This document shows, piece by piece, positions 50,581 to 64,000 of a DNA stretch of 64,000 nucleotides. The DNA is from Octopus sinensis (lineage: Eukaryota), in the NCBI RefSeq assembly GCF_006345805.1, contig NC_043001.1, forward strand, positions 42,346,001 to 42,410,000, read 5' to 3'. The notes under the pieces were generated by a model, which did no database searches, was not told where the DNA came from, and saw only the letters and a list, made by a program, of their open reading frames with translations. The stretch's first letter is position 1, and each line of letters begins with the position of its first letter. Position numbers and translations under genes: made by a program.

Positions 50581-52329
50581 CACATGACAAAATCTATTTC
50601 AACAAAACGAAAATGTTTTTCAGTGATCAAACAATGTATTAAAAGTAAAATAAAATTTTCTTTTTCACATATATCTATTTATATGTGTCAGTGATAGCCT
50701 TTGTTCTTAATTCATTTTATATCTTTACTCATTTTGAAGTTTGTCTTCAAACACAGAAACAAGTTGGATGTACAAAAGCTTTCTACAATCTAACACTACT
50801 TTGATTTGATTTTACCATCCATAACTCTACCTAATTTACCAGGGGTGGAAATGTGTAAGTTGTCTTGCAGAATTGTCAGCACAACATCAGCATAAAAACA
50901 CACAGGAAGCAGTAGTGATAATGAAAAGGATTTGTAGTCATATATTTTCAGTTAAAAGTGTGACAATGTGGACTGTATATAACATGCATTATTATCACAG
51001 AAATACCATTTTTAATTTTATTGATCATTTTAAATTTTACAGCCATATATTCATTTTGGTATGTCACTGTATGTTAAAAGGCATTAGCATAATTCATTGA
51101 AGTTAGAATAAGTAAGAATTTTTAAGAGTAAATATTTTTCCAACTGTCAACTACTCAACTATAAAATGAGAATGGTACACATTTTCTAACTTTATAGACA
51201 GAAACAGGTATTATAATGAAATTATAACTAAGAGGCACCATCTGCACAAAAAAACCCAGTTATTGATGTAGTGTTAATATATCTAATGAACAGAGCATTA
51301 CAAAACTAATTAGTGAGATAAAAACCTATATCAGTCACACTAATATTATTCTAATTATTTCAGCAAATAAGGGAGAAAACTCAAGACTAGTTTCGTTTGT
51401 ATTATATAATCATCAATGAAATACAGTTTTCATTATACATGTTGAAATAAGGGTAGCAGAATCACTGTGTGTAAAAGTATAATATTGTAACCTAATATTA
51501 AAAGAATAAGTAACTGATAATACTGTGTTTCTACACACATGAGGCGTCTCTGAATTATTTATTCCCTAAACAATTCTGTTTTCTAAGCTAACCAATGAGT
51601 ATTTTGTGCATTTATTTAGTGATTTTACTATCATACTTCAGCAAGTACTATGGAAAATATGCTTCCCTAATGAGGTCATAATAATACCATAAAATGTCAA
51701 GAGTTGTCTCCCAACCTAGCCGAAATAAATAAAATAATGTTAGTCACTGGCTATCTTTTTTTATCCTCACAAAGAGCATTTAATCCTCTCTGTATTAAAT
51801 ATGTTAATACTAACCTAACTAAAATGTTATAATGAGTTTTGTCAGGAAAGTCAATGCAGTATTTATCAGAAATTTTTGAGCTATGCACAATGATCTAGGA
51901 ATCTAGTTTTTAACCTCTCACCAAATATGCTTATTTGTTTATGAAACTGAATAGTTTCTTTATGTATTACTAGCCTTTTGTTTGTGTGATAATCACCATT
52001 GTTTCAGCTTCTTGTGACTGATGTTTATGATCTGATTTCAAGTGAGGGACTGTATATCATTAATGTCCTGTTATAAGAATAAGCATAACTTTAATAAGGG
52101 CAGTATACCTCTTCTGTCATAAATTTTTTTCCTGGTACATATCAGAATACTGTGAGGAAGCAGGTAAAATAACAACTCTAGTGGGATGATTCAGTTTTGA
52201 GATGGCAAAATGGGTGTAAACATTGGGGAAAATTTATATGGGATGAGTTTTGCAATATTTTTGAAGTGGCAGTTCATCAGAATATAGATGATAAGCAGAA
52301 TTCTCATATTTTATTTCAACATTTATAAG

Positions 52330-52765
52330 TGAATAGGTAGTGGACTGGCAGAACCATTTGCATGCTGGACAAAATGCTTAGCAGCATTTCATCCATCTTT
52401 ACATTCTGAGTTCAAATTCTGCCAAGGTCAGTTGTGCATTTCATCCTTTTGGGGTCGGTAAAATAAATATCATTTGAGGACTGGGGTTGATGTAATTGAA
52501 TTACCCCTCCCCAAAATTGCTGGCCTTGTGCCAAAACTTGAAACCAGTATTTATAAATGAATAAGGGCTGCAGAATTGTTGGTGCATTGAACTAAATGCT
52601 GAATAGCATATCTTCTGGCTCTGAATGTTCTGAGTTCAGAGGTCAACTTTGCTTTTCATCTTTCCAGGCTTGACAAAATAAGTACGGGTTGAGCACTGGG
52701 GTCAATGTAATTAACAAGCCCCTACCCAAAAATTGTTGGCCTTGAGCCAAAATTTGAAACAATAG
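52330..52765 (+). mobile_element. Two tandem Deu/Nin-type SINEs
   Basis: ttctgagttcaaattctgccaaggtc...tttcatccttttggggtcggtaaaataa (52330-52550); second copy at 52565-52765. Confidence 0.8.
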
Positions 52766-53099
52766 TTCTCAGTGAATTGATTTTTCTTTTATTATTGCAA
52801 CAAAAAAGTATTTTTGCTTGATCTAATATTAAAATAATAATTAAAAGCTTTCATATCTACTTATTATTTTTCTTAATAACATGTTTGAAACAACTAAAAT
52901 TTTATAGCAAGAATCACAAATTCGATATTTGCTTTCAATAGGTTACACTCTTAGACACAAAATAAAACAAAGTAAAAACAATCAAGATGAGCCATAATAA
53001 ATTATAAAGAATTGTAGCTTTCTTGGAATACAGATGCAGTAAATCCTTATAATTAATATATATTCAAGTCTACAAGAAAAGGTTTTCCAGAAGCAGTAG

Positions 53100-53630
53100 A
53101 TCATTTGAATTTCTTAGGGTAAAAGCTTTGACAGAAAGTTACTTGTGATGGTCAGGTGTTACTTTAAAATGTATGTGGAGGGAACATGTAAAAAAGGATA
53201 GATTCAGGAATATATGGAACAAAGTGGTGAGAAAGGATCTTCAGATGTAGGCCTCACTGAGGGGATGACAAGGGAACAAATCTTCTGGCAGTTTGCTGTG
53301 CTTGAGAAGACATGAAGCTAAAACTGTAAGTGTCCTTGCATACAGGCATGTCCCCATGACCCCTCTTCAGCTGAGTAATCCTAATCTTATGGGCTCATGG
53401 GTGCTGGTGCCACATAAAAAGCACCCATGCCAGTGCCACATAAAAGGAACCCTGCCAGTGCTGCATAGAAGCACCTAGTACATTTTGGAAAGTAGTTTGT
53501 ATTAAGAAGGGGATCAAGCTGTAAAAACCATGCCAAAACAAACATAGAGCCTAGGCAGCTCTTCAGTAAGCCAACTCCTATCAAACTGTCCAATCCATGT
53601 CAGCATGGAAAATGGATGTGGTGATAATGC
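53100..53630 (+). mobile_element. RTE 3' end fragment
   Basis: VVRKDLQM-like end of ORF, aaaagcaccc units, ccatgtcagcatggaaaatgga. Confidence 0.7.
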
Positions 53631-54479
53631 CTAACACATCCACATATAAAGAAAAAATAGAAAGGAAATAAAGAAATATCCTAATTTAAATCTTTTTTTT
53701 TCCACCAGAAATGTTCTATTTGATATGATGATTGGATGTTACACTATTTTGATAATTAATTGGTATCAACAAGACAGAGTATCTTATAGGATTTAAGTGT
53801 AAATGGATTCTGGAACAGCTGTTAGGTGTCAATCGAATATAATTCAGGAAACATGAATTCATTTTGAATCACCAGCATGAAAAATAAGCAAATGATAACC
53901 ATAACATAACCTTTGCCTGATTAAAGTTGATAAATATTCATAGATACAATGAGCTCTATTGAACTTAATATGGGCTCATTCCAAAAGAAACTAACAATTT
54001 TTTTTTACTAGCTTGTAAAACAACAACTTCTTAGTAGCAATTCCGAGAACTTTGACTTCCTCACTGGTTAACATCAGAATTATTAACTTTAGGATAGTTC
54101 ATCTACTTATCTATTATTTAAATGAGAGGTTATAATGTTACAAAAGAAAGAAAGAGAGAGAGGAGGGGGAAAGAGAACAAAAGGGAGAGCAACTAAACAT
54201 GAAAATAAAAAATAGACAACTGAATATATTTTTACTAAATGGAGTCCATAACTTCATGATTAAAGGATAGTTATTTTACACACACATATACATACAGCCT
54301 ATTCTACATCCTTAATGAATCAACTGGAAAGCCTCCAGTAGGTCATTTTGATCTCTTTCAAAAAGCAACCGAATTCCCTCAAATCATACCTTACTGTCTT
54401 GAAAATGAAAGGACAAAATAGTGCTTTTAATAGTATTCATAAGAATTAAATACAACAAATACTTTTATTAAATCCATAT

Positions 54480-57400
54480 AATAATGAATGTACTATGATA
54501 GATTCTCGTGGACTCTAAAAGTAGCCTCCATCTTTGTAGCCACTTCTATTGAATTGCTGAAGCAACAGCATAGAGACATGTGTGGTTTGCAAGATGTATG
54601 GTCTTTAAGATGGAGGGGAGCCTCTGCTAGATTCTTCATGGGTAAGAAACACAAGTTCAAATACTTCTGATGGGGTGAGTGGTATATGCATACTTTTAGT
54701 AGTAAAATGGGTTGATAAGGTAATTGAGGTAGTCAGAGTATGTGATAGGGTAGTTAAGCTGATCTTAGATGAATTAACAGTTACCTTTATCTCTCCTATA
54801 CTTCACGGCCTGGGCTGATGGATAACCAGAAGGAACAATTTCATGAGATTTTTTGCAGACTACCTCAAAGACAAATGACAGGCTTGGATATTGTGGCTGA
54901 TGACTTCAATGGACATGTCAGACAGCACTACCATGGATTCCATAGTGTGCATAGATGTTATGGCTTTGGCTCTATGAATGAGGAGGGAATGAGGAGGCTT
55001 CTGGAGTTCTGAAATGCAAATGATTTGATGATCTGCAACACTAACCTCATTTCAGGAATCCAACCAGCTACTTGATCACTTATCAGTCTGGTGGGCACAT
55101 TTCTTCTGGCTCTAAATGTTCTGAGTTCAGAGATCAACTTTGCTTTTCATCTTTCCAGGCTTGACAAAATAAGTACAGGTTGAGCAATGGGGTCAATGTA
55201 ATTAACAAGCCCCCTCCTGAAAAATTGTTGGCCTTGAGCCAAAATTTGAAGCAATAGTTCTCAGTGAATTGATTTTTCTTTTATTATTGTAACAAAAAAG
55301 TGCTTTTGCTTGATTTAATATCAAAATAATAATTAAAAGCTTTCATATCTACTTATTTTTTTAATAACATATTTGAAACATAACTAGATAGACAGATGTT
55401 CAAAAATGCGTAGGTTACTAATCAGTGACTTCAGAGTTAGAGCTAGAAGGATTCAGAGAAATAAACCAGCCTGGAGAAGAAGGTTAGGGAAACTCAAAGA
55501 CTCAACAAACCAACAAAAATTCTGAGATATACTTATGGAAGCTTCTGGTGTGAAAGAGGAAGAGTTGGAGGCATATAGCTTAGAGAACAATTGAAAGTTC
55601 CTGCTCAACTCCTACTGCAGGCTTCAGACCAAGTCTGTGGCTAGTGCAAAGTTTCAGCCTAGCCAAGGGTGATGTGGTGGTGGTGGAACAAGCAGGTAGA
55701 CAGTGCTATAGAAAAAAAAAGACAGGTCTGGAAAGACTGAAAAATGGTGGAAGCAGAGAATTATATCGAGTAACCAGAAGGAAGTTTGGTTTACATAACA
55801 AAAAGAAAAATAGAAAGTAGTAGATTTGCTAATGTCCTACAGCATGAGGATTGCAAAGCAGAGAGAATAGAGATGTCGTGGATGAGAACTGTGTATGAAT
55901 GGATAATGGTATGCTTGCACTTAGGGATTCAGAGAAGAAAGATGCATGGAAGTACCACCATGTAAGATTGCTAAGTGTGGAAAATGCATGAGAGAAGGAA
56001 AGTCTTTCAAATACAGAGCCAACTGAGAAACCAGTCATGAGATTTGACAGCATTATGATAGATAAGGCAATTAAGGATATGAAGAGAGAAAAAGCTCCTG
56101 GCCAACCAGGAATCACCACTGTGATGCTTAAAATATCTGGTAGAATAGGATACTCATATAGTTAATCTGGTTATCCAGGTGGGCCTCATCCCCAATGACT
56201 TATGCAGTAGTAATATAGTTAGCTGCTACAAGGGTAAAGGTGATGCCTTAGACAGAAACTATTACAGAGGTATTAAACTGTTGGACCAGGTCAAAAAGTT
56301 ATGGAGAGAGTTATAGCTCAACTATTTAGGAATATAATTAAACCAGATGAGATGCAGTTTGGTTTTGTAACCAGGAAGTGTTCCACAGATGCCATTTTCC
56401 TAGTGAGACAGCTGCATGAGAAGTATCTGGCCAAAAGTAAACCATTGTACTTGGTTTTTGTTGACCTGGAGAGAGCTTTTGACAGAGTTCCTTGCTCTGT
56501 TATTTAATAAACAAGTAGGCGTTTACCAGGGCTCAGTTTTTAGTCCCTCTTATTCATCATAGTCCTCTAGGCATGTTTTAGTTATTTTGACAGTAAATAT
56601 TCCATTTTGTAGTCATAAGAATTTGTAGTCTAGAGGAATTTAAAAGTGGCTGTCCATGGGAACTACTATGATGACCTTGCTCTTATAGTAGAATATAGTG
56701 AAGACTAAAGTTGTTGTTAGTAAGAAAGCAAATAAGACTCTCTTTCCGTCAGATAGATACAACTACAGAAAGTTATATAGAGAGATAGCTCAACTGTTTA
56801 GGAACAGAAACTAGATGTAAGGCAGTATGCAGGAAAGGTGTTGGAAACAAATTCCATTGGTTGCACCCAGTGCAACCTACAGGCTCATAAGAGGTGCTGT
56901 GGAATCACATGCAGGTTAACAGAGAAAGTCGTCTTTGTATGTGGCAGATGTACAGGAGGTTGTTGATAGTTTCTGTTACCTACGTGACCAAATTAGCAGT
57001 GATGGAGGAGGTTCTAAAAGTATTGTTGCTAGAATAAGAATAGGATGGAGGAAATTCAGAGAGTTATTACCTCTGTTGGCAACAAAAGGACTCTTTCTCA
57101 GAGTGGAAGACAGATTTTATGATGTTTGTGTAAAAACTGCTAAACTCCATTGTAATGAGATGTGGCCTTAAATGCAGAAAACATGTGTAGACCTGAGAGG
57201 GATGAAGCTGGTATGCAACGGCAGTGTGCATGTATGCAAAGTGCTGAGAGAAAATTTTGGTATAAGAGGAACCAGATGCAGCATGCAAGAGTGAAGACTA
57301 TGTTGGTTTGGACATGTGATATGTATGAATGAAGACAGCTGTATAACGAAATGTCAATTGCTTAAAGTGGATAGCATCTGTAGAAGAGGGAGACCCAGGA

Positions 57401-58240
57401 AGACATGAGATGAAGGACCAATCTCAAGATGTTGGGCTTCATGCAAGAGATGACAACAGACCAAGATGTCAAGTGATATGAAGTTCTTGAGAAGACCTGC
57501 CCATCTCAGTGAAACTGAGTTCCTGAAGCACTGTGTGTTCTACCCACATGTATCATTAAATTTTTCATACCCCCTAACCCAATAAACCAAACTATGTCTC
57601 CTCTTCCTTACATCTCGCCTTCTTCATGCACTACACTTATCTCTCCCTCCCTGCTCCTGCAGTTCAATCATGTCGTACCTGCCCTGCCAACTATATCATT
57701 GCTATCCTGTCATTCTCCCTGTATACCCAGGCTTCACCAGTCACTGCATTTCCCCAATCTCTCTTTTTGCATTCACACAAACTCCCTATTAACACACTCT
57801 GAGTAATCCTCTACCATCCCATTTATATTCACATCATTGTACCTTGAGTGTGCCCTGGCATATCATCACTCCCCCCTCTCTCTCTCTCTTTCCTTCTGAC
57901 TGGGGTAACCATGTATCTCCTCTACATCAAGACACCTGCTTCCGTCCCACTGTCATACTCTAACCTCTCATCACTTGGCACAAAGCCACCTCCTCAAATA
58001 CCAACATCCTCTCAAAGGATCTTTGACTTGCAAGTTACTTGGTGACCTCACTGCTGCTAGAACCACACAAAAAGCATCCAGTTCACTTTGTAAAGTGGTT
58101 GGCATAAGAAGGGCATCAAGCCATAAAAGCCATGCTAAAGCAGACCTCACTGGTGCTAGTGCCATGTAAAAAGCACCTAGTCCACTTTGTAAAGTGGTTA
58201 GCATTAGGAAGGACATCCAACCATGAAAACCTTGCTAAAA
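54480..58240 (+). mobile_element. Old, near full-length RTE LINE, heavily decayed and interrupted
   Basis: CGLQDV..RWRGASARF, ADDFNGHV, KAPGQPG, YRGIKLLDQV, DEMQFGF, FVDLERAFDRVP, DSFCYLRDQI, followed by 3' UTR and tail. Confidence 0.92.
55102..55380 (+). repeat. Direct duplicate of 52611-52892 inserted into the old RTE
   Basis: Co-linear match covering a SINE half plus ~130 bp of its AT-rich flank. Confidence 0.92.
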
Positions 58241-58575
58241 CAGTTACTTTTTTTAAGCCTAGTACTTATTCTATCGATCTCGTTTTGCCAAACCACTAGG
58301 TTACAAGGATGTAAACACATCAGCACCAGTTGTCAAGCAGTGGTGGGGGATAAACACAGACACAAAACATACACATGAAGATACACACACACACATACAC
58401 ATACATACATATATGTACATACGATGGGTTTCTTTCAGTTTCCATCCACCAAATCCACTCACAAAGTTTTGGTTGGCCTGAGGCTATTGTAGAAGACACT
58501 TGCCCAAGGTGCCAGGCAATGGTACTGAACCTGGAACCATGTGGTCAGGAAGAAAACTTCTTATCACATAGCTAG
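58240..58575 (-). mobile_element. CORE-type SINE (OR1/OR2-like)
   Basis: agaagacacttgcccaaggtgcca...gaacctggaaccatgtgg. Confidence 0.8.
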
Positions 58576-60019
58576 GTGCCAAAAAAATATAAAATCATTG
58601 TGAAAAAAACGAAGTTAGGATTTCGTTAATTATAATTGTATAAGTTAAATGTGTATCATGATACATTTATATAGAAAATTTAGACTTTATGTCAATACAT
58701 ACATAATTTTAATACTTTATTTCTCAAAGAAGTATTTTCTAAGACTTTGTTGTCGTGTCAAAATCACTTGCTAAAATTAGGTTGAATTTACCAAAGGCAA
58801 AGGAGACTTCAACATTTACAGTTAAATTGAGACTGATTACAAGGAGGATTGACTTCGATGTATCGAAAGAAAGATCTATTTTGACAATATTTTTATAAAC
58901 AAAACGTAAGGGAAATAACTCTGGATAATTTCTTTTTAAATATATTCGTACTCAATTGTGGAACAGATATATATCAATACTACAGTTCGCTCTTACCTAC
59001 ATGTCTTTTGAATAACGCTAAGGGAAGTAACTTGACTAGAGAAAGATGGAGAGGGAGAGGAAGTAAGGGAGAAAAAGAGATAGGCAGAAATGGCGACAGG
59101 GAGAAATACCTGGAAGAGATAAAGAGAACAGAGTGGAAATTTAAACACGAATGTAGAGGGGGAGAAGGAGCAAATGTTAAGGCGCAACAAAGTTTGTGAT
59201 GTCACTGCATCTCATCTCATTATCGTATTCTCTGTGTTTGAAATGCTTTTGAATTATATCTGAGCATATAAAATAATTTTCCCAGATTTTCTGAAATTTG
59301 GTTGTAATCTAAGTTTGAAAGAGTTGCAGAGAGAAAATTATACCTTGTAATATTTGATAACATGTAGGGGCTACAAACTACAGTAGCATCAACCCTTAGG
59401 GGTTAGCCATATTTAAATAGCAAATATACATCACGGTGTAAATGTTCATTATACAACAAGTCATAACACAACTGCAAGCAAAAATTTTACAAATAAATAC
59501 ATACATTTGGACACAGAACTGTTGATTTGCTAAAATAGGTAGCAACGGTAAAAGGTTGAGAACCACTGTAGAAATGTGTAGAGAAAACATTTTATGGTGT
59601 TTAGGCAAAATTTTAATTTTTATTGATATTTATTTAACTTAAATTCTATATTTCAGATATCAAAATAAAATGAAAATTGTTAATTGCTTTTCATTCCCAA
59701 AAGCTTCTTGGAGTCTGAATCATCCCTGAGATAACATGCTGAACTATCACAATTTACAACTCCAGGTAATCTGGAATATATGCCCAATATCTAGATCAAC
59801 TGAGACAATATGGAATAAAATCTCCTGGCCAGAAAGATAACAAAACATGTGCAATGAATCTGAATTTGCAACATATAAACAGGCGGTAGAATATCTTGAC
59901 CAGCTGATCATCATAACTCTACATTTAATTTTGAACAGGAATGAAGTATTAATATCTACAAAAAGCAAGTGTGGATGAATCAAAAATGGACATTGTATTT
60001 AGTTAAGAATCCTCCTCCT

Positions 60020-60270
60020 CATCATCATCATTTAATGTCTGTTTTCCATGCTAGCATGGGTTGGACTGTTTGACAGGAGCTGCACCAGGCTCCACTTTTT
60101 TGCATGATTTCTACTGCTAGATGCTTTTCCTAACACCAACCACTTTATATGGGTGCTTTCAATGTGGCATCAACACAGGAGCTTTTTATGTGACACAAGC
60201 ACAGGTGCTTTTTATGTGGCGGCAGCCTGAGTTCTTTTTGCATGGCACCAGCATGAGTGCTTTTTGATTG
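60020..60270 (-). mobile_element. RTE 3' tail fragment
   Basis: (CAT)n, ttttccatgctagcatgggttggac, gatgcttttcctaacaccaaccac. Confidence 0.75.
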
Positions 60271-61719
60271 GCTATTTAATATTTTTGACATTCTTTTAGT
60301 ATCAGTCTTAGGCTGCTATCCTTTAACTGTTTGAGAAGAAAATAAGTTAAGAAGCCAATTTTCTCATGTAAAATAATTCACGAGTAACCGAATGTAAAGA
60401 GTAACTGTTATCTCCCTTGAACTACAATTTATGTTTAATGCAGCTTGACATTTTGAAACAGTCAAATTAGTATAAAGAATTTAGTATATGCCCTGAAGGG
60501 CAAGGGGTAAAGTTATTGAATAACTAGCAGAGTATTTGACTGTTTTGTTGAAGTTGTTGGTGGTAATTTAGCTGTCAATTCAGCTTTGACTCGCTTGTTT
60601 TTGAAAAGTATTCAAGCACTATAGGATTTAATGTGACCCTTAGGTGGCAGAGTCTGATTTGAATGTCATTTGACTACTTTTTATTGCAGGTCGAGCAGCT
60701 TGCCAGCTATCTGTATTTTCTTGTTGGCAGGAAATATGTCCTTTGTTAAGACATTTAGAGCTTAACGTTTTAATAACCAGAGCACCTATACTGTATAAAC
60801 AAAAATAAATAGCATCATACCCAATCTTGAAAAAGATCTCATGGGTTAACTTCACAGCAAACTAAACTCATATTTATATGATTATATATTTGCTTCATAT
60901 TTCATTGGTTACTTTGTTGGAGATGGGTATAAATCACCATTACAGGTAACTAGAAAACGGTCAAAACTGATGCATCTGTGGCTGAGAAAAATTATTCTTG
61001 TTAGACTTGTATCTTATTCAGTAGGAAATTTGTCCCTCATCCATTCTATATTACAGAAATATCGAAGAGATAAGCACCAGATTTATGAAAGCAAATAATA
61101 GAATCTAAATTCTGCTATTATTTTATATAATTGTATGTAATTTTAATAACTAATTTTATTATTAGATGACTTCAAAATATTGAACACAAATATATTATTT
61201 GAAGAATCCCGCAAAACAAAATTTGATACATTGTCTGTTAATTTGCTGTTGATTTAAACAGAATAAATTAAATACTGCACTGAAAAGGTAAACCTAACTG
61301 GCAAAGAACAAAGATAAAAAAAAAGTTATAGCTTGTTAAGTTCCATGTAACCTAAGACAATAAGAAATTATTTATAACCTTAGAGGATCTTTCATTATGA
61401 TTACATATTCCACATTCAAGGCTGATCATTGGAGCTAATTATAAATTGAGTGATGAATTCAGTTTGGAGTTTAATAAATACATGAATATAAAGGATCTCT
61501 TCTTTGTGTCTGATTTCTATATGTAATTATACAAGATTTCAGAATTAAATGCTCATAGGAACTTATACATGCTGACATATTTCTTATGACAGAATCTATT
61601 AAAAAACTGCAATTTTCAAATAATGATTTTGATTTAATATTTAATATTTAATATTTAAAATTTTGATTCCATAATAATAATAATAGTAATAATGAATTTA
61701 TTATATACAGATCACAGCC

Positions 61720-61830
61720 GCACTACAAAAAAGTAACCAAAGCTGCATGAACAGTACATAGAATATGTACAAGAAGTGAACAGTAAATAAGTCTTCAAGA
61801 GAAAAAAAGAATGGTAGGGTGGGAGGCTTT
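61720..61830 (-). mobile_element. CR1 3' UTR fragment
   Basis: Reverse complement of 62900-63000. Confidence 0.7.
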
Positions 61831-62300
61831 TCTTTCAATGTATAAAGAGAAAAATGTTGAAACAAACAATGGAAGTAGAAAAACTTTAGATGGAGCATAT
61901 GCATTGTAGTAGCTAATGGGATGAATAAACATGAGCTAAAATAGCACAACTAAGAGAAGTAGAAAGTTTTGCACTTTTGATAATACACTTTATAGTATGA
62001 GTAAAGCAAGCAATGGTATAGTCTTAAGAATAAATGAAAAAAGCTAACTCTAAAAACTTATTCAGCTACTATGTGATTATAGTGTGAAGATCAAGTTTGT
62101 CAAGACATTTCATTATGCTTTGCATGTAGTCTTTATTCAAATAGGTAGTAAATATAGCAAAGCTTTGGTAATGTTTGTAATGTCATGAAATTGGTATCTC
62201 ATGAAGTTGAACAAATTGGTCTTAGTTAAGCGAAACAGCACTATTCTGAAATGAATACTATTATAAGTCAGTATGTTGAAAAGTCATGTAATAAGTATAT

Positions 62301-62522
62301 ATTTCTTTACTACCCACAAGGAGCTAAACACAGAGGGGACAAACAAGGACAGACAAATGGATTAAGTTGATTACATCGACTCCAGTGCGTAACTGGTACT
62401 TGATTTATCGACCCCGAAAGGATGAAAGGCAAAGTCAACCTCGGTAGATTTTGAACTCAGAATGTAACGGCAGACGAAATACAGCTACGCATTTCGCTTG
62501 GCGTGCTAACGTTTCTACCAGC
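62301..62522 (-). mobile_element. Young Deu/Nin-type SINE with a 17-bp TSD
   Basis: tcatgtaataagtatat at 62284-62300 and 62523-62539; CpGs retained. Confidence 0.92.
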
Positions 62523-62689
62523 TCATGTAATAAGTATATCAGTCTCCTGGGAACTGTTCAAAAATGTGCAACTAGATGAATAGCCACTGTCAGGCATCTA
62601 TTTTACTGTGAACATCCTGCTTTCCTGGGCATGGATACATTAAAGCTCCAATGCCTGGCAACCCACAAGATTATCCACCAGCAATCTTG

Positions 62690-63045
62690 GGTACATTTTT
62701 GAATTCCATATATCTAACACTCATGGATATGCTTACAAAAGCAATAAAACAATACAGCACCCATGACTTTCAGAAAATTTTTACATGCTCACAATTGATG
62801 AAGCATGGAATAAATTACCTGCATCAGTTGTTAGCTGTCAAGACACTACATCCTTCAAAACTTCCATGTTTCCTGAACTTCATCAACAGTACACTTGATG
62901 CCTGTCCCCTACCCGCCTGTTTTTTTTTTAAGACTTATTCACAGTTCACTTCCTGTGTATATTCTATGTACTGTTCATGCAATTTTGGTCACTTCCTCCA
63001 ATGTAGTGTACCTGAGCACTGTATACAAGTTCATCATCATCATCA
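62690..63045 (+). mobile_element. CR1 LINE 3' end
   Basis: NTHGYAYK...IDEAWNKLPASVVSCQDTTSFK matches the CR1 ORF2 terminus TRGH.YK...WN.LP.SVV....SFK; (CAT)n tail. Confidence 0.8.
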
Positions 63046-64000
63046 TTATTATAAAACAATGGTTTTGTCAATCATTTCCCCACATTATTCTTTTTTATTA
63101 AAGACAAGTGAATTTTTTTTGCAAGACTGGGGACTCCTGGGAGCTAATTGAAGCAGAAATTTTGCATTTTGGCATAGCGGCACACATTCTGCATGTTTCA
63201 TGCACAGGTGTCTCTTGAAAATATCCTTCAGTTATTAAGTTGTTGCATCAACTTTAGTACAATTCTTGCACGTCTGTAATGATTCTTAATCACTAGAATT
63301 TTAAAAAGTCTATGCTTTACTGAGTTAGAAATAAAACCGAAGCATGCCTATTGTTGCTACTGAGCTTACCAAAGATCAGATTGAATTTAATCGTCAAACG
63401 ATTTAATCTTGTTGCATGCATTTTCAAACAGTAATTAAAATTTCAGAGTTGTCTCCCTTCATATTGACGCGATTACATTTAATATTGGTCAGTGAACTTG
63501 TGTTTTCCTGTTCTCGCAGCAACACTAATTTCATTTCATTGAAATTTTTGTTGATCACAGTATTAAATATGTTAGCACTCATTCAACAATTCTGAAAAGA
63601 TGTCAGCTTTACTGGCAGCATTTGAATTAATTAGTATAGAGTACCAGAAATAACATATGCACTGCAGTTATATTAAACAGTACCAAAACTTAAATATCAT
63701 CACAACAAAGAACCTCATTGATAAGCCTCTACTTGAGAATATATAGGAAAATATCACATTCTTTGTGATTACTAAATTAATTTTTCGTCTTTTTTTTAAT
63801 AATAAACTTTGATGACCAAACCATCTTAATCACTGCAGATATTAATGCCTCATAAAGTCTTGATTAAAAATTTCAGTTTTGAATAGTTGCTAACTTTTCT
63901 AAGTTCAAGTATGTTGCACAATGTAACATTATTTACATGTATGCAATGTTTTCTCTATCACATTCCTCACATTCTATACTGTATTCATATAAAAACCAGT

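Noticed and set aside
60687-60860. Strong-looking acceptor tttttattgcag and a 71-aa minus-strand ORF
   Set aside because: All frames stop soon and no protein family is recognisable
62651-63151. 166-aa ORF
   Set aside because: Off-frame read-through of a CR1 3' end and its UTR

Overview
AT-rich, microsatellite-laden metazoan DNA. The repeat set (RTE LINEs with (ATG)n tails, tRNA-derived CORE- and Deu/Nin-type SINEs, R4/Dong, Mag- and CsRn1-type Gypsy, mariner, Tigger, Helitron) points to an octopus or other coleoid cephalopod; this is an inference. Only one host-gene piece is well supported: the first coding exon of a KCTD-family BTB/POZ gene on the minus strand (26125-25950). It lies in a CpG-retaining promoter-like zone, and the ORF track missed it because intron read-through stops at 59 aa. 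I could not locate its downstream exons. The rest is mostly transposon sequence: a full-length decayed Gypsy with both LTRs, PBS, PPT and TSD (9251-13825), a near-intact RTE LINE (28814-32455), an R4/Dong remnant, two mariners, two Tiggers, a Helitron cluster and many SINEs. Unexplained structure includes repeated fold-back inverted duplications, a ~280-bp templated insertion copied from 2.5 kb away, a (TAA)n-flanked element next to Dong, a degenerate hammerhead-like motif and a recurring GAGTTRTCTCCCTT motif. I found no convincing new biological system; the findings are leads. All alignments were done by eye, so boundaries of old repeats are approximate.
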